From a bacterium (GTDB taxonomy: Bacteria > Zhuqueibacterota > Zhuqueibacteria > Oceanimicrobiales > Oceanimicrobiaceae), in NCBI GenBank assembly GCA_037446635.1, contig JBBIIG010000072.1, positions 1 to 19,458 of the forward strand: a stretch of DNA of 19,458 nucleotides. Reading direction: 5' to 3'. How positions within the stretch are numbered: position 1 is the first letter of the stretch; the number at the start of each line of letters is the position of its first letter. The notes beneath the pieces were generated by a model, which worked only from the letters and a program-made list of their open reading frames with translations, was not told the DNA's origin and ran no database searches. The translations under genes were made by a program, and so were the position numbers. Below are positions 8,182-16,732 of the stretch, in pieces.

Positions 8182-9456
8182 CTATTCCTCGGAGTGCCGG
8201 GGGCGAATGGTTTCGCCCGCTGCAATTTCTTTAGTTGGATAATCGTCCGCGTTCAACTTTGGATAGAGGATGCTATTTTTGCCCACCTTAAATTTGGCCG
8301 GAATCTCCGCGCTTTTGCCCACCACAATCAGACCGCACGAAAGATGACTGGGCGTTTCTTTGTTGGCGATTTCCTCCGATCCGGCGCCCAACACCGTGTA
8401 TTCGCCAACCACGACTTTTTTGTCCAAAATAGATTTGTTGACTTCGGCGCCGGCTAAGATGCGGCAGTCGTGCATCACCACCGAGTCGATCACTTTTGCG
8501 CCACGTGCCACATACACTCCCGGCGATAGAATCGAATTCACCACCGTGCCCTCGATGACACAGCCCGGAGAAATCACCGAATTCGTCACCGCGCTTTTGG
8601 CAGCAATCCGCGTGGGCGGGCGATCGCTGATGCGGCCATCCTCTTCGACGTTGGTGCGCAAGCCCCACGAATCTAAATTCAAGCCCGAGGTTTCGGGATC
8701 GAGCAAGTCCATGTTCGCGTCCCAATAGGCTTTGAGGGTCCCAACATCGCGCCAGTAACCTTCAAAGGGATAGGCGAACACGCGATCTTTTTTCAGCGCC
8801 GCGGGGATAATGTCTTTGCCGAAGTCGTGTTCTTTGTGACGGCGCAGCATATCCAACAAATAGTCGCCGTTGAAAACGTAGATTCCCATCGACGCGAGGT
8901 TGTTACGCGCCTTTGCCGGCTTCTCTTCCCAATCGATGATGCGGTTGTCTTTATCGGTGATGGCGATGCCAAAGTGGATGGTGTCTTCCCACGGCACCGG
9001 CATCATGCCGATGGTGAGATCGGCTTTCTTCTTTTTGTGAAAATGAATGAGCTCGGAGTAGTCCATTTTGTAGATATGATCGCCGGAGAGAATCAAGATG
9101 CGCTCGGGATGGCGGTTTTCGATGAAGTCGATGTTCTGGCGTACGGCGTCGGCAGTGCCTTTGTACCAGTCGGAATCTTTTTGGCCGGTGCGCGGGGGGA
9201 GAATTTTTGCGCCGCGGCTGCGGCCGATGAAATCCCACGGCGCCCCGGTGCCGATGTGTTCCATCAACGACAGCGGCTTGTACTGGGTCAGCACACCCAC
9301 GAAATCGAGGCCGGAATTCATGATGTTGCTGAGCGTGAAATCGATGATGCGGTACATGCCGCCGAAGGGCACCGCCGGTTTAGCACGCATGTGCCCGAGA
9401 ATACTGAGGCGGCTGCCAACGCCGCCGGCGAGTAACATGACGAGATTGGAGATCAT
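8182..9456 (-). CDS. glgC: Glucose-1-phosphate adenylyltransferase (ADP-glucose pyrophosphorylase)
   Basis: LAGGVGSRL, RAKPAVPFGGMYRIIDFTLSN, VLTQYKP, WYKGTADAV.QN, ILSGDHIYKMDY, EEKP, ASMGIYVF, HDFGKDIIP, YWRDVGT. Confidence 0.93.
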   Translation of the reverse strand: MISNLVMLLAGGVGSRLSILGHMRAKPAVPFGGMYRIIDFTLSNIMNSGLDFVGVLTQYKPLSLMEHIGTGAPWDFIGRSRGAKILPPRTGQKDSDWYKGTADAVRQNIDFIENRHPERILILSGDHIYKMDYSELIHFHKKKKADLTIGMMPVPWEDTIHFGIAITDKDNRIIDWEEKPAKARNNLASMGIYVFNGDYLLDMLRRHKEHDFGKDIIPAALKKDRVFAYPFEGYWRDVGTLKAYWDANMDLLDPETSGLNLDSWGLRTNVEEDGRISDRPPTRIAAKSAVTNSVISPGCVIEGTVVNSILSPGVYVARGAKVIDSVVMHDCRILAGAEVNKSILDKKVVVGEYTVLGAGSEEIANKETPSHLSCGLIVVGKSAEIPAKFKVGKNSILYPKLNADDYPTKEIAAGETIRPRHSEE

Positions 9457-9537
9457 GGTTTTTTAGTAACGGGTATAAATATCAACTTAGAGAATTCCTA
9501 AGATTTTAAAGAGTTGCATGATAAAAGAACGATTAAA

Positions 9538-9694
9538 TCCCCCTCCTCGGAGGGTTAGGGGTGGGTTATCGATGGTTATTCGTCAATTATTCTAACTCGA
9601 TGTCCCAAAAAAACCACCCCTAAATCCCCTCCCTACCCTATAAGGAGAGGGGATTGGAGTCCCTTCCCCTTTCAGGGGAAGGTTAGGATGGGGT
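9538..9694. repeat. Cluster of C/G-rich palindromic REP-like repeats (CCCCTCC...GGAGGG-TTAGGGGTGGG type)
   Basis: Three hairpins (9538-9554, 9624-9654, 9660-9682); ttaggggtgggtt(9555-9567) is nearly the inverted repeat of aaccacccctaa(9612-9623). Confidence 0.7.
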
Positions 9695-9745
9695 CTGCTT
9701 TTGAATTCCCGAAACTTTGTCTTTCAATAGATGACCAAGATTTTC

Positions 9746-10369
9746 TTAGTCAGGTCGCGTCTCTATCAACTTCTGCCGCATCTCCTCCGGCACATCCTCG
9801 ATGGCGGCGTTCTGGCTGAGCTGCAAAACTCGAATGTACGCCGCGATGGCCCAGCGATCGGCCGGCGAGACTTTGTCGCGATAATCGTACATGGCACCGA
9901 GGCCGTTGGTCATCACGTCGAAGAAGTGGCCAACGGGCGCTTCCCGCAGCCGCTGAATGTGAAACGACGGCGGCGAACGGAATCCGCGCTGCACGATCAT
10001 GCCGTCGCCGTATCCCAGCGCGCCGTGGCAGGGCGTGCAGAAAATGTTGAAGCGCTCGCGTCCGCGTTCCAAAACGCTTTTGGTGATAGGAAACGGAAAC
10101 GCGGTCGCTAACTCGCCGTTGATTTTGCCGGTGTAAAAATGATCGTCGATATTCAATTGTCCCCGCGCCACTGTTCCCGCGATCACCGGACGTGAAGCGC
10201 GGCCGTCGCTGTAAAAATCATTTTTTTCGAGTGGCTCGAAACGCGGCTGATCGTGCATGTCTTGTCGGCAGGCTGTCGCGCCAAGCGCCAACAGGATCAA
10301 ACAGATCGTTTTGAACGATAATCGACGTCCGATGATTGTCGATTGATTATTGATTGTTGAATAATACAA
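9746..10369 (-). CDS. actE: Alternative complex III monoheme cytochrome c lipoprotein subunit ActE
   Basis: Lipobox ATA-C followed by RQDMHDQP; GTVARG; single CTPCH; PPSFH; DRWAIAAYIRVLQLSQ; exact start uncertain because the N-terminus lies in heptamer repeats. Confidence 0.88.
   Translation of the reverse strand: MYYSTINNQSTIIGRRLSFKTICLILLALGATACRQDMHDQPRFEPLEKNDFYSDGRASRPVIAGTVARGQLNIDDHFYTGKINGELATAFPFPITKSVLERGRERFNIFCTPCHGALGYGDGMIVQRGFRSPPSFHIQRLREAPVGHFFDVMTNGLGAMYDYRDKVSPADRWAIAAYIRVLQLSQNAAIEDVPEEMRQKLIETRPD
10331..10365. repeat. Degenerate 7-bp tandem repeat array C
   Basis: gatgatt gtcgatt gattatt gattgtt gaataat. Confidence 0.75.
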
Positions 10370-10370
10370 C

Positions 10371-10536
10371 TCAGCGCTTCCTCTTCTTTTTCTCGGGGAG
10401 AAATTCTCGCTTCATTTCTTCCAATGAAACCGTTTTGCCGAAAGCAAACCCTTTTCTCGCTGCATCGATTATTTCCATGAAATTCGCATTACTGCTCAGG
10501 GCTAACAATTCTCTATCAACTTTGGAGATTTTTATA
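10371..10536 (-). pseudogene. Probable C-terminal remnant of a type II antitoxin (Phd/YefM-like), orphan
   Basis: DRELLALSSNANFMEIIDAARKGFAFGKTVSLEEMKREF resembles the toxin-binding tail of Phd-type antitoxins; no convincing start, no DNA-binding N-terminus, no toxin gene; AT-rich. Confidence 0.45.
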
Positions 10537-10543
10537 ATCAGTT

Positions 10544-10568
10544 CAATTGACAATAGACAATAATCAAT
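10544..10568. repeat. Degenerate 7-bp tandem repeat array B overlapping the actD stop
   Basis: Minus strand tgattat tgtctat tgtcaat; caatagacaataatca (10551-10566) is identical to 11141-11156. Confidence 0.75.
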
Positions 10569-11136
10569 TCGGCACTTCAAACACCACCCGCGGCTGCAAG
10601 CTTTCTAAAAATGCTTTTGTCGAAGCCAGATCGAATTTTGGATCGCGGCTTTCGATGCACAGATAAAAGCGATCGCGCGAGGCCAACGCAAAGCGCTCGA
10701 CGTTGAACACTGGGTGATACGGCTGCGGCAGTCCATTCAATGCAAACATGCCAAGCACCGCCGTGAATGCGGCAATCAGAATCGTCACTTCAAATGTAAT
10801 GGGAATGAACGCTGGCCAACTATTGAGCGGCCGGCCGCCAATGTTGAGCGGATAGCCGATGACCGAGCCATAATACTGCATTCCGAACCCGAGTAATCCG
10901 CCAATAATTCCACCGATCAGCACCAGCAGCGGCAACGTTGGTTTGGCATGACCCACGGCCTCCGCCAAACCTTCTACGGGAAACGGGGTGTAAGCATCCA
11001 TTTTGCGGTAGCCCGCGGCGTGCGCTTTCTCCGCCGCTTCGCGCAAATGGTCGGGATTTTCGAACTCGGCTAATAATCCGTATAGTTTAGAATTTTGGTT
11101 CATGGTTGCCGTCAGTTGTCGGTGGTCATTAGTCAA
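10564..11136 (-). CDS. actD: Alternative complex III subunit ActD (DUF3341)
   Basis: YGLLAEF, DAYTPFPVEGL, YPLNIGGRPLNSWPAFIPITFE, LPQPYHPVF, two TM helices; alternative start ATG 11103. Confidence 0.92.
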   Translation of the reverse strand: MTNDHRQLTATMNQNSKLYGLLAEFENPDHLREAAEKAHAAGYRKMDAYTPFPVEGLAEAVGHAKPTLPLLVLIGGIIGGLLGFGMQYYGSVIGYPLNIGGRPLNSWPAFIPITFEVTILIAAFTAVLGMFALNGLPQPYHPVFNVERFALASRDRFYLCIESRDPKFDLASTKAFLESLQPRVVFEVPN

Positions 11137-11199
11137 TAATCAATAGACAATAATCACAATTAGTCAATCTTCAGTTTTCGATTGTCGATCATCGGTCAC
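11108..11199. repeat. Degenerate 7-bp tandem repeat array A across the actC/actD junction
   Basis: Minus strand tgaccga tgatcga caatcga aaactga agattga ... tgattat tgtctat tgattat tgactaa tgaccac cgacaac tgacggc. Confidence 0.75.
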
Positions 11200-12549
11200 C
11201 AGCGTGCGCATTTCAAAAATTGAAATTGCCGGCACCACGCGCAGGAAGAGAAACATCAGCGTGAGGAACAGGCCGATGGTGCCAACGTAAGTGGCCCAAT
11301 CCCAGCCGGTCGGCCAGTACATGCCCCACGACGATGGCATGAAATCGCGATGCAAACTGGTTACGACAATGATGAAGCGCTCCAACCACATGCCCACGTT
11401 CACAAACATCGCGATGATGAACAGCGCCACCACGCTGTTTTGAATTTTATCCCACCAGATCAGCTGCGGCACCAGTCCGTTGCACAAAATCAGCGCCCAA
11501 TAAAATGGAGCGTACGGGCCTTTCAACCGATTGAGAATCATGTACTGCTCGTATTCGTTGCCGCTGTACCACGCGGTGAAAGCCTCCATCATGTAGCCGT
11601 AAACCACGATGAGACCCGTGGCCAGCATCACCTTTGCCATGTTTTTGATGTGGCGCATGGTGATGAAATCTTCGAGGCCATACATTTTGCGCAGCGGGAT
11701 GGAAAGCGTCAGCACCATTGCGAAGCCGGCGTAAATGGCGCCGGCCACAAAATAGGGCGGGAAGATCGTGGCGTGCCAGCCGGGAATAATCGACATGGCG
11801 AAGTCGAAGCTCACCACCGTGTGCACCGAAATCACCAGCGGTGTGGCGAGTCCGGCCAACAACAGATACGCGGTTTCGTAACGATGCCAGTGCACGGCCG
11901 AGCCGCGCCAGCCCATCGCGAGAACTCCGTATATGATTTTCGCGAGGCCCTTTTTGGTGCGATCACGCAGGGTCGCAAAATCGGGAACGAGGCCGACGTA
12001 CCAAAACAGCAGCGAAACCGTAGCGTACGTTCCCACCGCAAACACATCCCACACCAGCGGACTGCGAAACTGCGGCCACATTGCCATGGTGTTGGGATAG
12101 GGAAGAAGCCAGTAAAACAGCCACGGGCGCCCCATGTGAATGAGCGGGAAAATGCCAGCGCTGGCCACGGCAAACAGGGTCATCGCCTCGGCGAAACGAT
12201 TGATGGAGGTACGCCACTCCTGCCGCAGCAAAAGCAGAATGGCGGAGATGAGCGTGCCGGCATGGCCGATGCCGATCCACCACACAAAATTGATGATGGC
12301 AAATCCCCAGCTCACGGGATTGTTGATGCCCCAAATCCCCGTGCCTTTTGCGAAAAGATATGACACCGAAACCAGCAGCGCCATCAGCAAAATGAATGAA
12401 ATCCCGAAGCCGATGAACCAGCTCATCGGCGTTTTGCGGGTGAGCACGATGGAGCTGATCTTGTCGGTGATCGAGGCATAGGTGTGGCCGGGCTCGATCA
12501 GCGGGGGTTTGGCTTGCGCCGTTTCAGATTTGTCTAAAGTTTCCGCCAT
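11164..12549 (-). CDS. actC: Alternative complex III quinol-binding membrane subunit ActC (NrfD/PsrC family)
   Basis: WGFAIINFVWWIGIGHAGTLISAIL, WRTSINRFAEAMT, HMGRPW, FRSPLVWDVFAV, SVHTVVSFDFA, PGWHATIFPPYFVAGA, GMWLERF. Confidence 0.95.
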   Translation of the reverse strand: MAETLDKSETAQAKPPLIEPGHTYASITDKISSIVLTRKTPMSWFIGFGISFILLMALLVSVSYLFAKGTGIWGINNPVSWGFAIINFVWWIGIGHAGTLISAILLLLRQEWRTSINRFAEAMTLFAVASAGIFPLIHMGRPWLFYWLLPYPNTMAMWPQFRSPLVWDVFAVGTYATVSLLFWYVGLVPDFATLRDRTKKGLAKIIYGVLAMGWRGSAVHWHRYETAYLLLAGLATPLVISVHTVVSFDFAMSIIPGWHATIFPPYFVAGAIYAGFAMVLTLSIPLRKMYGLEDFITMRHIKNMAKVMLATGLIVVYGYMMEAFTAWYSGNEYEQYMILNRLKGPYAPFYWALILCNGLVPQLIWWDKIQNSVVALFIIAMFVNVGMWLERFIIVVTSLHRDFMPSSWGMYWPTGWDWATYVGTIGLFLTLMFLFLRVVPAISIFEMRTLVTDDRQSKTED

Positions 12550-12956
12550 TATTTATTTCGCCAAACAAAAGTGGTCTTTTTGTCTCGCTGTCTAAATGTT
12601 ATATCAAAATGATCAAACACATCCTCTCTGCCTAATAGCAGAGGCACGCGTTCAATTTGAGCCCAAGCTATTTTGCAGTCAAATTGATGATTGCCAATCT
12701 TCATTGGGACCACAACGAATCTTGTGCCGATCACTCCGCCAATTCCACCAATCTCCCGAACTTCTGATGCCCTTTTTTCTAATCCCAAAAAGCGACCTAT
12801 CCGATACGGCACTAAAGTGTAGTCTGCTCCCGAGTCGATATAAAAGTATTCAGCAATCCATTCGTCCCCAGTTTTTAGTAGAGAAACTTTTGCGACCGGC
12901 CGGTAAATAATTCTCCGTGTTCGCAAGCGCTCTTTTCTGTAATCAAATTCGATCAT
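12549..12956 (-). CDS. Clan AA (retropepsin-like) aspartyl protease
   Basis: YRPVAKV, catalytic IDSGAD, flap IGGIGG, LLGRED; TAA overlaps the actC ATG (TAATG). Confidence 0.85.
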   Translation of the reverse strand: MIEFDYRKERLRTRRIIYRPVAKVSLLKTGDEWIAEYFYIDSGADYTLVPYRIGRFLGLEKRASEVREIGGIGGVIGTRFVVVPMKIGNHQFDCKIAWAQIERVPLLLGREDVFDHFDITFRQRDKKTTFVWRNK

Positions 12957-12959
12957 CTA

Positions 12960-13160
12960 TCAGAATATAAAATTCTCGCCCGCCGGAACCTTCCAAATCA
13001 CAATTTCCTTTTTAGGATGTTTTTTCTTTGCCGCTGCATAGGCAACCTCCGGATCTTCATCAGCGCTTACCACTTTTTTGCCAACGATGCAAACGTACAG
13101 CCCTTCATATTTACTTAGATCTGCGGAAGTGAACCATTTGAAAGTTTCGTCGATCATCAA
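12960..13160 (-). CDS. DUF5678-family small protein
   Basis: LSKYEGLYVCIVGKKVVSADED...AKKKHP...KVP pattern; RBS GAGG; directly upstream of the aspartyl protease (TGA TAG ATG). Confidence 0.75.
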   Translation of the reverse strand: MMIDETFKWFTSADLSKYEGLYVCIVGKKVVSADEDPEVAYAAAKKKHPKKEIVIWKVPAGENFIF

Positions 13161-13173
13161 AACCTCAAACTCA

Positions 13174-13689
13174 TCATAGTTTGGAAATAATTAGTGCTAT
13201 ACTAATGACCATCATAGGGCCATAAATCAGAAGGAGATTTCTATTTAGAAAACTACTTAAAAATCTTGTTTCCTTTTTGTGTTTCTCGCTCGCAATTGTT
13301 TCTATTCCCCAATAGTCAAAAACAGGAAAATCAGAATTCTCGTCTTCGCTTAGAAATTGTGCTAACGTCACTTCTGTACCCTTTAGATTATATTTACCAT
13401 CCCGAATAAAGTCTCGTATGGCTTTAAGCCTAACTTGATGACCTTTATAAAATCTTCTAAAGGATGTTTCCATTAACCAAAAGGGTAGTGGAAGTAGCAC
13501 CGATATGTATAACATAAAGGGTATATTTTCTTTAAGTCCGTAGCCTATTGTTGCTGTCCATAGAATGATCCCCATCTGTTTTGTTTTCTGACGAAGATTA
13601 TCGAAATGATTTATTTTCTGGCTAATCATATCGATTTCCTTCTTCAGCAGGTCAATTCTGAATTCTCTGAGTTTGTTATTTTGATTCAT
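13174..13689 (-). CDS. Hypothetical AT-rich membrane protein (about 3 TM segments)
   Basis: Hydrophobic stretches MGIILWTATIGYGL, FMLYISVLLPLPFWLM, LLLIYGPMMVISIALII; low GC relative to act genes; 17 bp after the actB stop. Confidence 0.75.
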   Translation of the reverse strand: MNQNNKLREFRIDLLKKEIDMISQKINHFDNLRQKTKQMGIILWTATIGYGLKENIPFMLYISVLLPLPFWLMETSFRRFYKGHQVRLKAIRDFIRDGKYNLKGTEVTLAQFLSEDENSDFPVFDYWGIETIASEKHKKETRFLSSFLNRNLLLIYGPMMVISIALIISKL

Positions 13690-13706
13690 TTCGGAACTCG
13701 ATGTTT

Positions 13707-16646
13707 TTATCCCTCTAAAAGCTCCGGATTCGGATTCCGCAACTTCGCCAAGTAAGTCGTGCGCGGCCGCGTGTTCAAATCCGTGAGGATGCCGTAATTG
13801 CGCTGCTGCGCCCGCAGTTTCGACACTCGACTATTCGGATCATTTATATTTCCAAAAACAATTGCGTCCGCGGGACAGACCTGCTGGCACGCCGTCAAAA
13901 TCTCACCGTCGCGAATCTGACGATCTTCGTTCTTGGCATCGATGCGGGCAACGTTGATGCGCTGCACACAGTAGGTGCACTTTTCCATGATGCCGCGGCT
14001 GCGCACGGTTACGTCGGGATTGCGCATCATTTTCAAACTCGGCGTTTCGAAATCCGAGTAGAGTAAAAAGTTGAAGCGCCGCACTTTGTACGGACAGTTG
14101 TTGGCGCAGTAGCGCGTGCCGACGCAGCGATTGTACACCATCTCGTTCAAACCCTCGGCGCTGTGAGTCGTCGCGGCGACCGGACACACCACTTCGCACG
14201 GCGCGTTCTCGCAGTGCTGGCACATCACCGGCTGGTGCACGGACTCGGGATTTTCGGCGTCGCCCTCAAAATAGTGATCGATGCGAATCCAGTGCATTTC
14301 GCGGCCAACGAGCACTTGTTCTTTTCCAACCACCGGAATATTATTTTCCGACTGGCACGCCACCGTGCAGGCATTGCAGCCGGTGCACGAATTCAAATCC
14401 ACGGCCATGCCCCAGGCGTAGCCCTTGTATTCATGCGGCGGATACAACGTCAGCGCGGGATCAGGATCGTGTCCCAACTCGTGGATGAACTCGGGATGCT
14501 GCAAGTATTCGGCGAGTGTGCCGCTGCGCACGAGATGACGATTTTCCATATTATGATGCATCTGTGTGCTCGCCAGCGCGTAGGTTTTTCCGGTTTTAGT
14601 GATTTGCAATCCGCTGCCAAACCATTGCGCTTGCGAGGTTCGCAGCGCGTAGGCATTGAATCCGCATCCCGCGCCCACTTTGCCGGTGCGCGAGCGGCCG
14701 TAGCCGAAGTGAACGGTGACCGAATTCTCCGGCTGTCCGGGCAAAATCCAAATGGGCGCTTCAACTTGGCGATCTCCGACTTTCAATTCAACCACGTCGC
14801 CGTTTTTCAATTTTGAATTCTCGGCAGCACGCGGCGAAATCAACGCCGCGTTATCCCACGTCAGTTTGGTGATCGGTTTCGGCAATTCCTGCAGCCAGCC
14901 GTTGTTGGCGTAGCGGCCATCCCAAATCGTCGGGTCAGGACGGAAGGAGATCTCCAACTCCTTTTGCAATCCGCCATCTTCTATCTTCCATCTTTTATCC
15001 TCTATCTTCAATTGCACCGATTTCGCCGTTCCCGCCACCACGCCGTCGTGAACCGCAACCCGCCACCATTTTTCAAAATCAACGCCGGGAAATTGCGACT
15101 GCCAATACTCGCGGACGATCTCGTAAGCGGGTTTGCCCGCCTGTCCAATGAACACGGCCAAAAACTCGTGGGCAGATTTGCCGCCGTAAAGCGGCGCAAT
15201 CAGCGGCTGAACGATGGAGGCCGTGCCATCGAAGGCGCGAGCGTCGCTCCAGTGTTCGAGATAGTGAGTCTGGGGAATGTGCCAGTGGCACCATTCGGCG
15301 GTTTCGTCCGCGTATCGTCCGAGATGAACGCGGAACGCAACCTTTTTCATCGCTTCAAGAAAATTGAGATCCACGGGTGAGTTGAAAACTGGATTGCTGC
15401 CCATAATCATCAGCACATTCACGGCGCCAGCATTCATGTCGTTGACTAATTCTTTCAGCGAATCGATTTGCACCACCGGCCGCGGCTCAACGGGCTGGGT
15501 GTAAATCACCGTTTTTCCTGCGTTTTCGAGAGCCGAGTTGATGGCGTGCGCCAGCGCGTGCACCACCGGCGGCTGTGATTCGCCGGCAATCACCAGCCCC
15601 GCGCCGCGATGTCGCCGCAAATCTTTGGCAACGACTTTCATCCAGTTGCCCCATTTCACGTTGGCGAGACTCGGCAAATTTTCGATAGTGATTCCCAAAT
15701 CTGCGGTGACTTCCAGTTCCTGCGCCAGCGCCGCTGCGAATGCTGCAATTTCACTGGCCGCCAGCGGCAGGCGATGATCAGCCATCGCGCCAGTGAGCGT
15801 GGGTGTGCTTTCCACCACATAAAGCCGACTCATTTTATTTTCGCCGCCGTCTTCCACTTTGCGGCGCGCAGTGAAGTCACGAGTGTATTTTAAGCTGCCC
15901 GGATTGTCGGTGAGAAAATCAGCGTCGAGGCTGAGGATGTAATCGGCTTTTTGGAAATCGTAGCGGCAGTCGAGAAACTCGCCGAAGGCCATTTTCGAGC
16001 CGAGTCGCGCGTTGTCGCGATTCACCGGTTCGTACTGGTGCCACTTTGCCAGTGGGAACTGCGAGAGCAAATTTTGCAACTGATTGGCGAGCGTGGGGGA
16101 AGTGATGGTTTCAGTTAAAATTCTCAAGCCCGCGCCGTCGCTGATTTTCTGCGCTTCTAATTCCACTTGCAGCGCGGTGAGAAAATTTTCCCACGTACTG
16201 ATGCGGCCGAGGTGGGTGACCACCTGCGAGCGATCGGGATCGTACAATTCTAAAACCGAGGCCTGCGCAAAAATATCGGTCGCGCCGAGACTGGCAGGAT
16301 GCTCCGGATTGCCCTCAATCTTCGTGGGGCGGCCGGTGTGACTTTCTGCCAGCACGCCGTAGGCATACCCGCCGCGGGTCATCGCAGTGGCATAAAACAG
16401 CGGCTTGCCGGGAACGATTTGCTCCGGCGGCTGCACGTACGGAAAGATCTTTTCCTCCGGCTGCCGGGTGCAGGCATTGAGCCCGGCCAGCGCCATGGAA
16501 GCGCCCATCAATTGCAGGAAGCGCCGGCGGCTGAATCCGTCCTGCCAGTCCAGTGGACTGACAGCGAATTCATTTTCGACGCGCCGCTGGAACTCTTCGG
16601 TCTGCGCCAATTCCTCTAAACTTCGCCACGTCTTGTTATGATCCAT
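13707..16646 (-). CDS. actB: Alternative complex III subunit ActB (molybdopterin-oxidoreductase-like domain fused to Fe-S domain)
   Basis: WRSLEEL; Tat motif SRRRFLQLMGAS; GRPTKIEGNPEHP; NNGWLQELP; Fe-S motifs CTGCNACTVAC, CQHCENAPCEVVC, CVGTRYCANNCPY, CTYC..ACQQVC. Confidence 0.95.
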   Translation of the reverse strand: MDHNKTWRSLEELAQTEEFQRRVENEFAVSPLDWQDGFSRRRFLQLMGASMALAGLNACTRQPEEKIFPYVQPPEQIVPGKPLFYATAMTRGGYAYGVLAESHTGRPTKIEGNPEHPASLGATDIFAQASVLELYDPDRSQVVTHLGRISTWENFLTALQVELEAQKISDGAGLRILTETITSPTLANQLQNLLSQFPLAKWHQYEPVNRDNARLGSKMAFGEFLDCRYDFQKADYILSLDADFLTDNPGSLKYTRDFTARRKVEDGGENKMSRLYVVESTPTLTGAMADHRLPLAASEIAAFAAALAQELEVTADLGITIENLPSLANVKWGNWMKVVAKDLRRHRGAGLVIAGESQPPVVHALAHAINSALENAGKTVIYTQPVEPRPVVQIDSLKELVNDMNAGAVNVLMIMGSNPVFNSPVDLNFLEAMKKVAFRVHLGRYADETAEWCHWHIPQTHYLEHWSDARAFDGTASIVQPLIAPLYGGKSAHEFLAVFIGQAGKPAYEIVREYWQSQFPGVDFEKWWRVAVHDGVVAGTAKSVQLKIEDKRWKIEDGGLQKELEISFRPDPTIWDGRYANNGWLQELPKPITKLTWDNAALISPRAAENSKLKNGDVVELKVGDRQVEAPIWILPGQPENSVTVHFGYGRSRTGKVGAGCGFNAYALRTSQAQWFGSGLQITKTGKTYALASTQMHHNMENRHLVRSGTLAEYLQHPEFIHELGHDPDPALTLYPPHEYKGYAWGMAVDLNSCTGCNACTVACQSENNIPVVGKEQVLVGREMHWIRIDHYFEGDAENPESVHQPVMCQHCENAPCEVVCPVAATTHSAEGLNEMVYNRCVGTRYCANNCPYKVRRFNFLLYSDFETPSLKMMRNPDVTVRSRGIMEKCTYCVQRINVARIDAKNEDRQIRDGEILTACQQVCPADAIVFGNINDPNSRVSKLRAQQRNYGILTDLNTRPRTTYLAKLRNPNPELLEG
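14967..15008 (-). repeat. Six 7-bp repeats inserted in frame in actB
   Basis: aagatag aggataa aagatgg aagatag aagatgg cggattg = 42 bp encoding KIEDKRWKIEDGGL. Confidence 0.75.
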
Positions 16647-16664
16647 TTGGGTCTACTAATCGAA

Positions 16665-16704
16665 ATGGAGTAATGGATAAATGGATTGATGGATTGATGG
16701 ATCG
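16665..16704. repeat. Five 8-bp tandem repeats upstream of actB
   Basis: atggagta atggataa atggattg atggattg atggatcg. Confidence 0.85.
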
Positions 16705-16732
16705 ATGCTTTTCGTCTCAAAAGTCAATTAAA

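Noticed and set aside
7462..8457. 331-aa plus-strand ORF
   Set aside because: Antisense shadow of the GC3-rich nucleotidyltransferase and glgC genes; no motifs
11350..12363. 337-aa plus-strand ORF and other overlapping ORFs across the act genes
   Set aside because: Antisense or alternate-frame shadows of well-conserved genes
12549..12956. Retroviral or retrotransposon origin of the aspartyl protease
   Set aside because: Stand-alone bacterial clan AA proteases are common; no gag, RT or integrase nearby
13707..16646. ActB as an active molybdoenzyme
   Set aside because: Context is ACIII, whose ActB is established to lack a molybdopterin cofactor
10331..16704. CRISPR array interpretation of the short repeats
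   Set aside because: Units are 7-8 bp, tandem and degenerate, without unique spacers; no cas genes
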